A stretch of 60,179 nucleotides of DNA from Eubacteriales bacterium (GCA_045124015.1 JBGVLA010000134.1:1-60179), one strand, 5' to 3'. Counted from the first letter of the stretch, positions 47,292 to 58,780 are shown. Notes: generated from the sequence alone by a model not told the origin. Translations and numbers: made by a program.

Positions 47292-48386
47292 TTACATATT
47301 GATCTCACGGCTATTGCCCGAGCCATAACGTGTGATGAAGATTTTTCCTCTTGCAGGGCTTACTGTGAAGATATCCACTGCGGTCTCATTTTTGGAGAAC
47401 GGTTCGCGCTCAAAGATCGTGCCGTCGATGTTCGGAGTCAGTCCCGAGCTCTTGCGGCCGCCGAGCATCGAGGTGATATCGAGAAAGCCGTTCGTGTCGA
47501 TGCACTCGGAATCGATGTGGATATGACCGCCGATACGCGCGATGACGTTGTGCTTTTCTGTGAAGTCTGCGGAGATATCGTAACCGAAGTCGGGATGGTC
47601 GGACGTGATGTGGATGCTTTCGCCGTCGCGGAACGCCTTCGTGATGGCGTTGAGCGCTTCATAATTGTAGCGAGGCGCGAAATCGAGTTCCTCGTTGTTA
47701 AAGGGAACGTGCGCGATGAAAACGACGTTTTTCGGTGCATTTTGAAGCGCCGTATTGGCGAGCCAAGTAAGCTGACGGCCTGTAAAGCCGAAGTTCCACT
47801 GCTGATTATAGCGGAGAACGTCGCCGTCGAGAATGAACGGTACGTTCGTGCTGTCAAGGAAGATCACACGGGCATCGGCGCTTGGAATATCGAGATAGCC
47901 GTAAAGTGCTTTTTCGTGTGCGACGTGGAAATTTTCGATCTTTTCATGCTGAGCAAAGAGCTTATCGTACTGAACGTCGTTCGGAACGATGGTTTCGGTG
48001 CGGCAGATCTCGCTGTCGGGCGCGATTTTGCTATGAATACTATTGTCGTCGTGATTGCCCTGTACGGTGATGACAGGAACGTTCGAGTAAGGAAAATACA
48101 TAGCAAGGTCAGCCATCATATCGATGTGTTCCTCTTTTGAAGGAGGATAATTTCCAACATTATCGCCGCCGAGACAGAAAAATTCGATCTTTTCGTTTTC
48201 GTTCAGCGAGTTCAGCATATGAATGATGTTAGAAAACGAGGTGCGCATTTCACGGATGTATTTGTAATGATAATCGGGCATGAACGCAAAACGGAAATCG
48301 CCCGTTTCGATTGTCGGAAGCTCACGGAGGACACGCTCCGTTTCTTCTTTTGCGTAATCGGTCATAGGAAAAAATTCAAAAGCCAT
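47292..48386 (-). CDS. Calcineurin-like metallophosphoesterase
   Basis: GGDNVGN, GNHD and GGHIHID motifs. I chose the ATG at 48386, 6 nt after AGAGGTG; the track ORF starts at a GTG inside the SD. Confidence 0.8.
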   Translation of the reverse strand: MAFEFFPMTDYAKEETERVLRELPTIETGDFRFAFMPDYHYKYIREMRTSFSNIIHMLNSLNENEKIEFFCLGGDNVGNYPPSKEEHIDMMADLAMYFPYSNVPVITVQGNHDDNSIHSKIAPDSEICRTETIVPNDVQYDKLFAQHEKIENFHVAHEKALYGYLDIPSADARVIFLDSTNVPFILDGDVLRYNQQWNFGFTGRQLTWLANTALQNAPKNVVFIAHVPFNNEELDFAPRYNYEALNAITKAFRDGESIHITSDHPDFGYDISADFTEKHNVIARIGGHIHIDSECIDTNGFLDITSMLGGRKSSGLTPNIDGTIFEREPFSKNETAVDIFTVSPARGKIFITRYGSGNSREINM

Positions 48387-48398
48387 ATCGTTCACCTC

Positions 48399-49091
48399 TT
48401 AGAAAAATTGACAAAAAAGAATCGGGAAAAAGATAGCGGGTAAATAATTCATTACCTTGATCTTGGTAATGCCGAGCATATTGAGCCCGAGCGCGATGAT
48501 GAGGAGAGAGCCTACGCAGGTCATCTCCGCGATGATAAATTCATTGGTCAGAACGGACTGCAAAACGCCGGCAAGAAGCACGAGTGCGCCTTGATAAACA
48601 AAGACGGTTACCGCGGAGAGAAGCACGCCGAAGCCGAGCGAGGATGCAAAGAAGACGGAGGAGATGCCGTCCAGCACCGCTTTTGCATAAAGGGTGCTGT
48701 TGTCTCCGCGAAGTCCCGCGTCGAGCGAGCCTACGATGGTCATTGCGCCCACGCAAAAGAGCAGGGAGCTGGAAACGAACGCTTCCGCAAGCGTGGAGCT
48801 TTCGCCCTCTTTCTTTTTGCGCACGAGCTTTGTCTGCAAAAAATCAGCAAAGCGGTTGAACCATTTGTCGATGTCGATAAGCGTGCCGACGATGGCACCG
48901 CAAGCCATCGAAAGAATGGCAATGATCGCGTTCGTGCCGTCAAGCATCCCGCTGATGCCGATATAAAGGACGCAAAGGGCGACGCCCTTCATGACAGCGT
49001 CGCCGAGCTTTTGCGGTAAAAATTTACGAAAAAGAATACCGATGACAGTGCCAAGGATGACGGTCAGCGTATTCACGATAACGCCGAGCAT
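48399..49091 (-). CDS. DUF554-family membrane protein
   Basis: MLGVIVNTLTVILGTVIGILFRKFLP... is a typical DUF554 N-terminus. Polytopic. Confidence 0.78.
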   Translation of the reverse strand: MLGVIVNTLTVILGTVIGILFRKFLPQKLGDAVMKGVALCVLYIGISGMLDGTNAIIAILSMACGAIVGTLIDIDKWFNRFADFLQTKLVRKKKEGESSTLAEAFVSSSLLFCVGAMTIVGSLDAGLRGDNSTLYAKAVLDGISSVFFASSLGFGVLLSAVTVFVYQGALVLLAGVLQSVLTNEFIIAEMTCVGSLLIIALGLNMLGITKIKVMNYLPAIFFPILFCQFF

Positions 49092-49108
49092 GGAAGCCTC
49101 CCGAGATC

Positions 49109-49954
49109 TTAGCGAAGAATTTCGATGGTGTAGGGGAATACGAATTCTTCTCCCGCGCCGAGGCGGATGATCTGCGGTTTTTCTTCGAGCTTACCCGAAA
49201 CGTTCATATTGTCGCAAATACCGTGCCAAGGCTCGATGCAAACGTAGGGAGCGCCGGGCTTTGCCCAAAGACCGAGGAAGGGTGCCTTGCCGTAGGTCAT
49301 TTTGAGGAGCGCGCCGTCCTTTTCAGAAACAACGGTTGCGGATGTGCTCTTGAGATTTTCAAAGAAGAGCGCATCGCCGTCAAAGATATGGTCGGTGATG
49401 GTGATGGTGTTTGTGTCCTTTGCAAGGAGCTTTGTTCCGTCAGCAAGACCGAGATCATTGAAGAGATAGGTGATAAAATCTTCTTTTTCTGCGAATTCCA
49501 CATGGTCGCCGATCTCGATATTGAAAGCGGGATGTGCGCCGAAGGAGAAGTACATATCTTCGTTTCCTCTGTTACGGACGGTGTTGGTAACGGTGAGCGT
49601 TTTGCCGTCTAAACGATAATCTGCGGTGAGAAGAAAATCGAAAGGATATACGCGTTTGGTTTCTTCCGACGCAGAAAGGGTAAAGATCGCATGGTCGTCA
49701 TCTTCGGAAATGATGGCAAAAGCATTTTTGCGTGCAAATCCATGCTTCTGGAGATAATACTTTGTGTCGTTATAAACATAGCTGTCAGAAAGAAGTCTGC
49801 CTGTGATGGGGAAAAGGATGGGGGAATGTCCGCTCCAAACGGTGGGATCGCCCTGCCAAATGTATTCGCGTTCCTCCTTGTCCCGTATCGAGCAAAGCTC
49901 TGCACCAAAGGGGTTGAGTTCAACGGTGAGAGAATCATTTTTTAATGTGATCAT
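49109..49954 (-). CDS. Aldose 1-epimerase (galactose mutarotase / LacX-like) family protein
   Basis: FGAEL..., ILFPITGR, HGFAR, GAHPAF and EPWHG motifs. The start at MITLKND was computed from the ORF track. Confidence 0.8.
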   Translation of the reverse strand: MITLKNDSLTVELNPFGAELCSIRDKEEREYIWQGDPTVWSGHSPILFPITGRLLSDSYVYNDTKYYLQKHGFARKNAFAIISEDDDHAIFTLSASEETKRVYPFDFLLTADYRLDGKTLTVTNTVRNRGNEDMYFSFGAHPAFNIEIGDHVEFAEKEDFITYLFNDLGLADGTKLLAKDTNTITITDHIFDGDALFFENLKSTSATVVSEKDGALLKMTYGKAPFLGLWAKPGAPYVCIEPWHGICDNMNVSGKLEEKPQIIRLGAGEEFVFPYTIEILR

Positions 49955-50018
49955 AACATCAGTCCTTTTTATGTTACAAAATGGATAAAATAACCATTTG
50001 CTTTTATTAAGTATAAAT

Positions 50019-50047
50019 ATCATACCGCATTTTTTTCGATTTGTCAA
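50019..50047 (-). promoter_or_regulatory. SigA-type promoter of the epimerase-DUF554-phosphoesterase genes
   Basis: Minus strand: TTGACA, 17-nt spacer, TATGAT. Confidence 0.5.
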
Positions 50048-50100
50048 TGCCGCAGAAAAAATATTGCCATAAACTTCCGTAAGATTCCCCAAAAAGGGGG

Positions 50101-50129
50101 TTGACAAACGCATTGCTTAGGTGTAAAAT
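50101..50129 (+). promoter_or_regulatory. SigA-type promoter of the thrS leader
   Basis: TTGACA (50101-50106), 17-nt spacer, TAAAAT (50124-50129). Confidence 0.6.
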
Positions 50130-50135
50130 ATGAAT

Positions 50136-50361
50136 ATTATAAAGCATATCACGGATATGTCTTTGCGGAAAATGCTCTGAACAGAGAGGTGCGTCTTGGG
50201 CTGAAAGTGCACTCGGAAGCGTCCACGAAGGTACCACCGTGTAGCTGCGCGCAGGAAATGGCGCGTCGGTCTCGCCCGTTACCGCGAATATGAGTGAAAC
50301 TTTGAGTGGAACCGTGCTTTGCACCTCAAACCGAATCTTTCGTTCGGCTTGGGGTTTTTTT
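50136..50361 (+). promoter_or_regulatory. T-box leader (Thr specifier) of thrS
   Basis: AGAGAG stem I element; ACC ACC at 50233-50238; T-box aaactttgAGTGGAACCGTGc; terminator cctcaaaccgaa..ttcggcttgggg followed by ttttttt. Confidence 0.8.
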
Positions 50362-50433
50362 GTTGCCCCAAGGAAAATTTTTCAACTATTTTATATAACA
50401 CACGCGGAAAACGTCCGCAGAAAGGAAACCAAC

Positions 50434-52233
50434 ATGAAAATCATTGACAAAAACGGCGCGATCGTGGAAGCTACGTTTGAAGATGAGCTTGGCAGAAACG
50501 CCCTCCGCCACACAGCGTCCCACATTCTCGCGCAGGCTGTAAAACGCCTCTATCCCGATACCAAGCTTGCTATCGGTCCTTCCATCGAAAACGGCTTTTA
50601 CTATGACTTCGACCGCGAAACACCCTTTGCGGAAAGCGACCTGGAAGCCATCGAAGCCGAAATGAAAAAGATCGTAAAGGAAAACCTCAAGCTCACACGC
50701 TTCACCCTTTCTCGCGCAGAAGCGCTCAAAATGATGGAGGAAGCAGGCGAGATCTATAAGGTCGAGCTCATCAACGACCTCCCCGAAGATGCAGAGCTCA
50801 GCTTCTTCAAGCAGGGCGATTTCACAGACCTCTGCGCAGGCCCTCACGTATCCTATACCTCTGCCGTTAAGGCTGTAAAGCTCACCTCCGTAACAGGCGC
50901 ATACTGGAGAGGCAACGAAAAGAACAAGATGCTCCAGCGTATCTACGGTACAGCCTTCGCAAAGAAGGATGATCTTGAAAAATACCTTGCTGCTGTGGAA
51001 GAAGCAAGAAAGCGCGACCATAACAAGATCGGCCGTGAACTTGAATATTTCACCACGGTTGATACCATCGGTCAGGGTCTTCCCATCCTCATGCCGAAAG
51101 GCGCACGTGTCATTCAGCTTCTCCAGAGATGGGTCGAGGACGAAGAACAGAAGAGAGGCTACCTCCTTACAAAGACCCCTCTCATGGCAAAACGCGACCT
51201 TTATAAGATCTCCGGACACTGGGATCATTACCGCGACGGTATGTTCATTCTCGGCGACCCCGACGATGAAGATGCAGAATGCTTTGCGCTCCGTCCTATG
51301 ACCTGTCCTTTCCAGTATCAGGTATTCCTCCACAAGAAACGTTCTTACAGAGAGCTTCCGATGCGTCTTGGCGAAACCTCTACGCTTTTCCGTAACGAGG
51401 ACAGCGGCGAAATGCACGGTCTTATCCGCGTTCGTCAGTTCACCATCTCCGAAGGACATCTGATTCTCCGTCCCGATCAGCTCGCAGAAGAGTTTAAGGG
51501 CTGTCTTGAGCTTGCGAAATACTGCCTTGATACCCTTGGCCTTCTCGAAGACTGCACATTCCGTTTCTCTCAGTGGGATCCTGCTCGTACCGATAAGTAC
51601 GAAGGCACGCCTGAGCAGTGGAACGAAGCACAGGAGATCATGGGCAGACTTCTCGACGAAAACGGCATCAAGTATGAGATCGGTATCGACGAAGCGGCAT
51701 TCTACGGTCCGAAGCTCGATATCCAGTGCAAGAACGTATTTGGCAAGGAAGATACCATCGTAACCATCCAGATCGATATGCTTCTCGCAAAGAAATTCGG
51801 CATGGAATACGTTGACTCCAATAACCAGCTCGTCAATCCCTATATCATTCACCGTACCGCTATGGGTTGCTATGAACGCACCTTGGCGCTCCTCATTGAA
51901 AAATATGCAGGCGCACTTCCGATGTGGATGTCGCCCACACAGGCAAAGGTCATCACCATCGTTGACCGCGTAAATGACTACGCAAACGAAGTTACCAATG
52001 CTCTCAAAGCAAAGGGTATCCGCGCAGAGCTTGACGATAGAAGCGAAAGCGCAAACTATAAGATTCGCGGCGCACAGCTCGAAAAGATCCCGTATATGCT
52101 CGTCATCGGCGATAAGGAAGTTGAAACGGGCACAGTTTCTGTTCGTACACGCGACGGTAAGAACCTCGGCGCTATCCCCGTAGATGCGTTCATCGAAAGA
52201 GCTGTAAACGAAATCGAGACCAAGGCAAGATGA
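50434..52233 (+). CDS. thrS: Threonine--tRNA ligase (599 aa; the N-terminal TGS domain appears to be absent)
   Basis: RHTASHILAQA second additional domain and class II motifs (FRNEDSGEMHGLIRVRQF, GFYGPKLD-like). Only about 20 aa precede the RHTASH motif. The sequence upstream is the T-box terminator. Confidence 0.93.
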   Translation: MKIIDKNGAIVEATFEDELGRNALRHTASHILAQAVKRLYPDTKLAIGPSIENGFYYDFDRETPFAESDLEAIEAEMKKIVKENLKLTRFTLSRAEALKMMEEAGEIYKVELINDLPEDAELSFFKQGDFTDLCAGPHVSYTSAVKAVKLTSVTGAYWRGNEKNKMLQRIYGTAFAKKDDLEKYLAAVEEARKRDHNKIGRELEYFTTVDTIGQGLPILMPKGARVIQLLQRWVEDEEQKRGYLLTKTPLMAKRDLYKISGHWDHYRDGMFILGDPDDEDAECFALRPMTCPFQYQVFLHKKRSYRELPMRLGETSTLFRNEDSGEMHGLIRVRQFTISEGHLILRPDQLAEEFKGCLELAKYCLDTLGLLEDCTFRFSQWDPARTDKYEGTPEQWNEAQEIMGRLLDENGIKYEIGIDEAAFYGPKLDIQCKNVFGKEDTIVTIQIDMLLAKKFGMEYVDSNNQLVNPYIIHRTAMGCYERTLALLIEKYAGALPMWMSPTQAKVITIVDRVNDYANEVTNALKAKGIRAELDDRSESANYKIRGAQLEKIPYMLVIGDKEVETGTVSVRTRDGKNLGAIPVDAFIERAVNEIETKAR

Positions 52234-52703
52234 GCTTGCCAAAAATCAAGCTTTACAATATGACGATGGTCTGCGATGATGCGGGACGTGTTCTCGTTCT
52301 CGATAGAGTCAAGACCGATTGGCCCGGGCTGACGTTTCCGGGCGGTAAGGTCGAGCCGGGAGAGAGTTTCGTCGCATCTGCCATTCGTGAGATCTATGAG
52401 GAAACGGGACTTGAGATTGCAAATCCCGTTCCTTGCGGTGTCGTCCATTGGGCGCATAAAGAGAGCGGAAACCGTTATATAGAATATCTGTATCGCGCAG
52501 ATTCTTTTCGTGGTACGCCGAAAGAGGGAACGGACGAGGGTCGTGTCTTTTGGATGGATAGGGAAGAACTCCGCGCATCCGACAGACTTTCTCCGAATTT
52601 CGATCTCTATCTTCCGCTTTTTCTTGACGGTGGCTATTCCGAACTTTTCTTTGATTGGGACGGCGAGTCATGGAATGCGGAGCCGAAGTATTATCCTATA
52701 TAA
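52230..52703 (+). CDS. Nudix hydrolase
   Basis: Nudix box GGKVEPGESFVASAIREIYEETGL. ATGA overlap with thrS. Confidence 0.85.
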   Translation: MSLPKIKLYNMTMVCDDAGRVLVLDRVKTDWPGLTFPGGKVEPGESFVASAIREIYEETGLEIANPVPCGVVHWAHKESGNRYIEYLYRADSFRGTPKEGTDEGRVFWMDREELRASDRLSPNFDLYLPLFLDGGYSELFFDWDGESWNAEPKYYPI

Positions 52704-52707
52704 CACG

Positions 52708-52745
52708 ATACCCTTTGGTTTTTGCCAAAGGGTATCCTTTTTGAA
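52708..52745 (+). terminator. Intrinsic terminator after the Nudix gene
   Basis: gataccctttgg-tttttg-ccaaagggtatc followed by cttttt. Confidence 0.75.
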
Positions 52746-52820
52746 AAAATTTAGAATTTTATGATACATTTTCAACTTTTTGTTGTCTTATAGAATGAAG
52801 GACGAAAGGAGATGAACGAA

Positions 52821-53381
52821 ATGGATGATAAAGAGATCATTACGCTATTTGAATCGCGGAATGAAAACGCCATTGAGGAAACGGCGAAAAAATACGGCGC
52901 GTATTGTCATACGATCGCAAACGGTATTTTGGCAAACGAGCAGGATGCCGAGGAATGTGTGAGCGATACGTGGCTTCGCGCATGGAACAGTATTCCGCCG
53001 CAAAAGCCCAATTCCTTAAAGCTGTTTTTAGCCAAAATCACGCGCAACGTTTCTTTTAATCGTTATCGTGAGCAAACGAGAGAAAAACGGGGCGGCGGTG
53101 AGATCGCGCTTGTTTTGGATGAGCTTGACGAGGTCATCGGCGACAGCTACGATATGGAAACGGTATTTTGGCAAAAAGAGATACGAAGTGCGCTGAATCG
53201 TTTTTTGCATGAGATACCCGAGCGGGATGCAGACGTTTTCATCAGACGGTATTTCTATGTCGAATCCATGGAACGTATTGCAAAGCGATATTGGATGCGC
53301 GAAAGCAACGTGCGTCTGATCTTATCCCGAACAAGACAAAGGCTGAAAGAATTTTTGAAAAAGGAGAGTGTTTGGATATGA
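52821..53381 (+). CDS. ECF-type sigma-70 family factor
   Basis: Region 2 DAEECVSDTWLRAWN and region 4 ESMERIAKRYWMRESNVRLILSRTRQRLK. I preferred the ATG at 52821, which is 9 nt from GGAG. Confidence 0.85.
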   Translation: MDDKEIITLFESRNENAIEETAKKYGAYCHTIANGILANEQDAEECVSDTWLRAWNSIPPQKPNSLKLFLAKITRNVSFNRYREQTREKRGGGEIALVLDELDEVIGDSYDMETVFWQKEIRSALNRFLHEIPERDADVFIRRYFYVESMERIAKRYWMRESNVRLILSRTRQRLKEFLKKESVWI

Positions 53382-54172
53382 AAAGGGAAGAACTTTTTGA
53401 GATCATCGGCGAAGTCGATGAAGCGCTTCTCAAAAGAAGTGAATCTGTCAAAAGAAAGAACGTGTGGGTGAAGCTTGGCACATCGGCGGCTTGTGTCTTG
53501 CTTGCAGTGGCGATCGCCGTTCCGCTTTTCGGAGGAAAGGGAAAGCGTATCCCGCTTCCGAATACAACGGACAACATCAAGGTCTACGAAATGAAAAAAT
53601 TGCCCTCCCAAATGACTACCGTTGCGTGTTCGTATGCGTATAACTATACACCCAAGGAAATGTTTGCACAAAAAACGGATATTTATAAGGGAGAGATCAT
53701 CGATTGCGATACCTTGCGAATCGATTTTGGCGGCGTTACGGAATATCGCTCCATCGTTACGATCAAGGTCGAGCGTGTCTATCGCGGAGAGATTTCCGAA
53801 GGAGAAACGATACGTCTTTTGTTACCTCTTGGCTTTTATTTTTCGGAAACTCCCGTTTATTCCTCGGTAACGAAGGTCGTCGAAAAAATGGAAGCGGGGA
53901 TGAAAGGGATCTTTATGACCGTTCCTTATGATGAATCCTCTTATGCGGTCTTTAACGGTAAAACCCTCATGCTTTCGGATATCGCGGACTGCGGTATGGG
54001 TGATGGTGAACGTTGGTGCTTTCTCGATACGGGAAACGGTATTGCGATGGGCGATATGTGGCGCGAGGAGGACGGTCCCTTTGGCGCTTTGCCGTATGAG
54101 CAGGACGCCGTGTATGAAAACACAACGCTTGACGCTGTGGAAACCTATGTTTTACAAATGCTTAAAGAATAA
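53378..54172 (+). CDS. Putative anti-sigma factor: short cytoplasmic N-terminus, one TM helix and an extracytoplasmic domain of about 200 aa
   Basis: ATGA overlap with the ECF sigma gene. The TM helix is WVKLGTSAACVLLAVAIAVPLF. The call rests on position and topology only. Confidence 0.55.
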   Translation: MKREELFEIIGEVDEALLKRSESVKRKNVWVKLGTSAACVLLAVAIAVPLFGGKGKRIPLPNTTDNIKVYEMKKLPSQMTTVACSYAYNYTPKEMFAQKTDIYKGEIIDCDTLRIDFGGVTEYRSIVTIKVERVYRGEISEGETIRLLLPLGFYFSETPVYSSVTKVVEKMEAGMKGIFMTVPYDESSYAVFNGKTLMLSDIADCGMGDGERWCFLDTGNGIAMGDMWREEDGPFGALPYEQDAVYENTTLDAVETYVLQMLKE

Positions 54173-54210
54173 ACGAAAAGGCGATTCCAAGCGGAATCGC
54201 CTTTTCGTTT
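54171..54210. terminator. Bidirectional terminator (17-bp stem) between convergent genes
   Basis: aaacgaaaaggcgattc-caagcg-gaatcgccttttcgttt. It spans exactly from one stop codon to the other. Confidence 0.8.
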
Positions 54211-55018
54211 ATTCGTCGTCTTTTACATAATAATGTCTTGTCAGCCACTGAGAGAGCCCATCCAGACCGGGATAAACGATTCTTTCGTTGATATTGAGCT
54301 GATCGAGCATATCGCGGATTCGCCAACGCAATTCTTTTCTGATGATATATTTGACGGTGTTGTTGGTATTGTGATTCAAAAAAGCTTCAATATCGGTGAT
54401 ACCGCTCGGAATGACGGAAAAATAGGAATATTGATTGATGATACGAGGATCGATGGACGGCGGCTCGATAATGACCATGGCGCGATCTTGCATATCTTCA
54501 TCATATTGTTCGGTATCGGGCGCGATCTTGTTGAGCATTTCTACGGTAAAAATTCCTGCGTTTTCTTCGCTGAGCATATCGTAATATTGCATCGGCAAGA
54601 GCTTATGGAGTTCTTCTATATCGATCTTCCAGATGACACAATCGAATTTATCCATTTTATCGAGGTTGTTGTTCGTTGTGGCGAAATGCATCGCCGTCAG
54701 CGGTGAGTATGTCCAATCGAGCAGTCTTGTTGGCAGACCGTGATGCTGACCGAGGATCATTTGCTTCCATATCGACGTATGCAGGGAAGGATCTTCACTT
54801 ACCGCATACTTGGTGAAATTTCTTAAGATCGAGGATTCCAGTTCAGTTTGCAAATGCTTACAGTTTCTTTGTAAGCTCGTTGAAAGATTAAAGGTGGATT
54901 TCGAAAGACCTCTGTATATAAAGGAGCTGCGATGACGCTTTTTGATATCATTGTATTCTTGATCGGCAATGAGCTGAAGCACGCTATCCAAAGTATCCAA
55001 ATAAATGGTTTGATACAT
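54209..55018 (-). CDS. FRG-domain protein
   Basis: SFIYRGLSKSTFNLSTSL and ILGQHHGLPTRLLDWTYSPLTAMHFA are the hallmark FRG-domain motifs. AAAGGA SD. Confidence 0.75.
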   Translation of the reverse strand: MYQTIYLDTLDSVLQLIADQEYNDIKKRHRSSFIYRGLSKSTFNLSTSLQRNCKHLQTELESSILRNFTKYAVSEDPSLHTSIWKQMILGQHHGLPTRLLDWTYSPLTAMHFATTNNNLDKMDKFDCVIWKIDIEELHKLLPMQYYDMLSEENAGIFTVEMLNKIAPDTEQYDEDMQDRAMVIIEPPSIDPRIINQYSYFSVIPSGITDIEAFLNHNTNNTVKYIIRKELRWRIRDMLDQLNINERIVYPGLDGLSQWLTRHYYVKDDE

Positions 55019-55164
55019 AAGAATTTCCTTTCCGATATGAATTTTGAAGTGTATATGGGTCTATTTATAGTATACCACAAATGATACTTTTTTTCAATAG
55101 AAGAAAGTCGATTCTTTTTTTATGGGGAAAATCTAAATTTGTTAAAAATATTTCGAAAAAAGAG

Positions 55165-55193
55165 TTGACAATACAAAAGAAATGGTGTATAAT
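55165..55193 (+). promoter_or_regulatory. SigA-type promoter of tRNA-Pro
   Basis: TTGACA (55165-55170), 17-nt spacer, TATAAT (55188-55193). Confidence 0.65.
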
Positions 55194-55236
55194 AATTAGG
55201 CTTTCGGGGAATTGATAGCAAATTAAATATTTTTTT

Positions 55237-55313
55237 CGGGGTGTGGCTCAGTTTGGTAGAGTGCTTGGTTCGGGACCAAGAGGCCGGAGGTTCAAATCCT
55301 CTCACTCCGACCA
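55237..55313 (+). tRNA. tRNA-Pro (anticodon CGG)
   Basis: Acceptor cggggtg/cactccg, anticodon stem-loop cttgg-ttCGGga-ccaag, T-loop ggttcaaatcc, encoded CCA. Confidence 0.88.
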
Positions 55314-55314
55314 T

Positions 55315-55355
55315 ATCGAGTGTTCTTAACGAAAGTGAGAACACTCGATTTTTTG
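55315..55355 (+). terminator. Terminator hairpin after tRNA-Pro
   Basis: atcgagtgttc-ttaacgaaagt-gagaacactcgat followed by tttttt. Confidence 0.75.
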
Positions 55356-55375
55356 TCTATGAATATTTTATTTTT

Positions 55376-55405
55376 GGAGCAGGGTTACCTGCTCCTTTTT
55401 TGTTT

Positions 55406-55406
<1 letters not shown>
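55376..55406 (+). terminator. Second plus-strand terminator, abutting the recombinase stop codon
   Basis: ggagcagg-gtta-cctgctcc followed by ttttttgttttt. The U-tract is on the plus strand only. Confidence 0.65.
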
Positions 55407-57352
<1,946 letters not shown>

Positions 57353-57356
<4 letters not shown>

Positions 57357-58264
57357 CGTTCTCGGTCATCGCCTCTCTCTCGTAGACTAACACGCAACGC
57401 TTTTTCTTGCTTTAACTGCTTCCATTCCTCAATGATCTTCAAAAGCTCTTTTTCAATATCCTTGGGTGTTTCGTCGGGAAAATACTTGCGAAAAGGCTCC
57501 GCTTTGAATTTCAATACCTCTTTTTGATTGGCTTTCGGCTTTTCCATAATTGCGTAGATTTCATCAATACCAAGCACACCCTTGCTGCTGTGATCCTTCA
57601 TGGCGATGGCTTGGGAAAGAGATGGTGTAACCTGCAAATCCTCCAGCGTCATCGCCAAGGTTTCTTGTTCTTCCTTTTTGAGATAGGAAAGCTTTTCGGC
57701 GGGTGTCAGCGCGATCTTGCCAGCATCGACCATGTCAAGTAACGGTTTAATGAGATTAGTCAAACGGACAAAGCGTTGAATGGTGGCTCGGCTTTCGCCT
57801 GCTTCCTCCGCAACAACTTCATCACTTCGCAACTTCGGCGCAACTTGCGCCGAAGTTAGATCGGTACGCTGTCCTTGTTTCTTCAAAACATTAAGCTTCA
57901 TTTTGTATGCAAATGCTTTTTCCGACGGTAATAGCTTTTCTCGGTGGAGGTTGCTGTCTACCATCGTCAGAATGGCTTCGTCATCAGACAAGTCGCGCAC
58001 AATGACGGGAATATCGGATTTATTTAATCTTCTACAAGCTTCAAAACGTCGATGTCCCGAAACGATCTCATAATAGCCGTCTCGGAAACGAACGATGATG
58101 GGGTTCAAAACGCCGTATTCACGAATGCTTTCCATCAAGCGTTCCATTTCCTCATCGTCTTTGACTTGGAACGGATGATTTTCCATTGGTACAATGTTAA
58201 AAATCGGATGGATATTGATTGTTTCACTTCTGTAACCTTTTTTGTTTTCATTAGAATTGATCAT
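57353..58264 (-). CDS. ParB N-terminal (ParB/Srx-like) domain protein
   Basis: GVLNPIIVRFRDGYYEIVSGHRRFEACRRL is the ParB box. The start at MINSNENK has a GAGGT SD. Confidence 0.8.
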
Positions 58265-58295
58265 ACTGTTTACCTCGTTTTCTTTCTTCAAAATG

Positions 58296-58604
58296 TTAAA
58301 TAAATGATGTAACGAACGCCTTATCAAAACGTTCCAATTGCTCCGCAAAAGCGGAAAGTTGTTTGCTCGACACTTCGCCTGTTTGCTGTGTCAGCCGAGC
58401 AAGATCTCGTAGCGTGTTCGTCATTTCACGCAGATGAATAATGATCTCACCGTATTCTACGGGCAAATGCTCACGAATCTCAACTCCGGCAAGTACATCG
58501 CGGACATACTGCTCACGGGATAGACAAGTCCTTTCGACTTGTTCATTCAGTTTTTCCCATTCATCTCTCGTGAGTCTGACTTTGATTTCGTAGTTTCTTT
58601 TCAT
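58296..58604 (-). CDS. MobC-like ribbon-helix-helix relaxosome accessory protein
   Basis: VRLTRDEWEKLNEQVERTCLSREQYVRDVLAG is an RHH segment. It is followed by a helical LREMTNTLRDLARL part, as in MobC-family proteins. Confidence 0.6.
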   Translation of the reverse strand: MKRNYEIKVRLTRDEWEKLNEQVERTCLSREQYVRDVLAGVEIREHLPVEYGEIIIHLREMTNTLRDLARLTQQTGEVSSKQLSAFAEQLERFDKAFVTSFI

Positions 58605-58780
58605 GCTTCATGCAAGGGGTCTTAGGGGAGCTTTCCCCTCAAAAAACCGAATTTTGGGGACAAAATTCAGTGCTTGCAAAGATTTGCAGACCTCTTTCTT
58701 CCTCCTTCCTTTCATATTTTTGTAATAAATAAACCGTATCGAAAGAGGCGATTTTGTCCTGCTTGTTTCCAAAATTTTTG

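Noticed and set aside
55376-55398. Hairpin ggagcagg..cctgctcc as the terminator of the recombinase gene
   Set aside because: The U-tract follows the hairpin only on the plus strand, and on the minus strand it is followed by A-rich sequence. I reassigned it as a plus-strand terminator.
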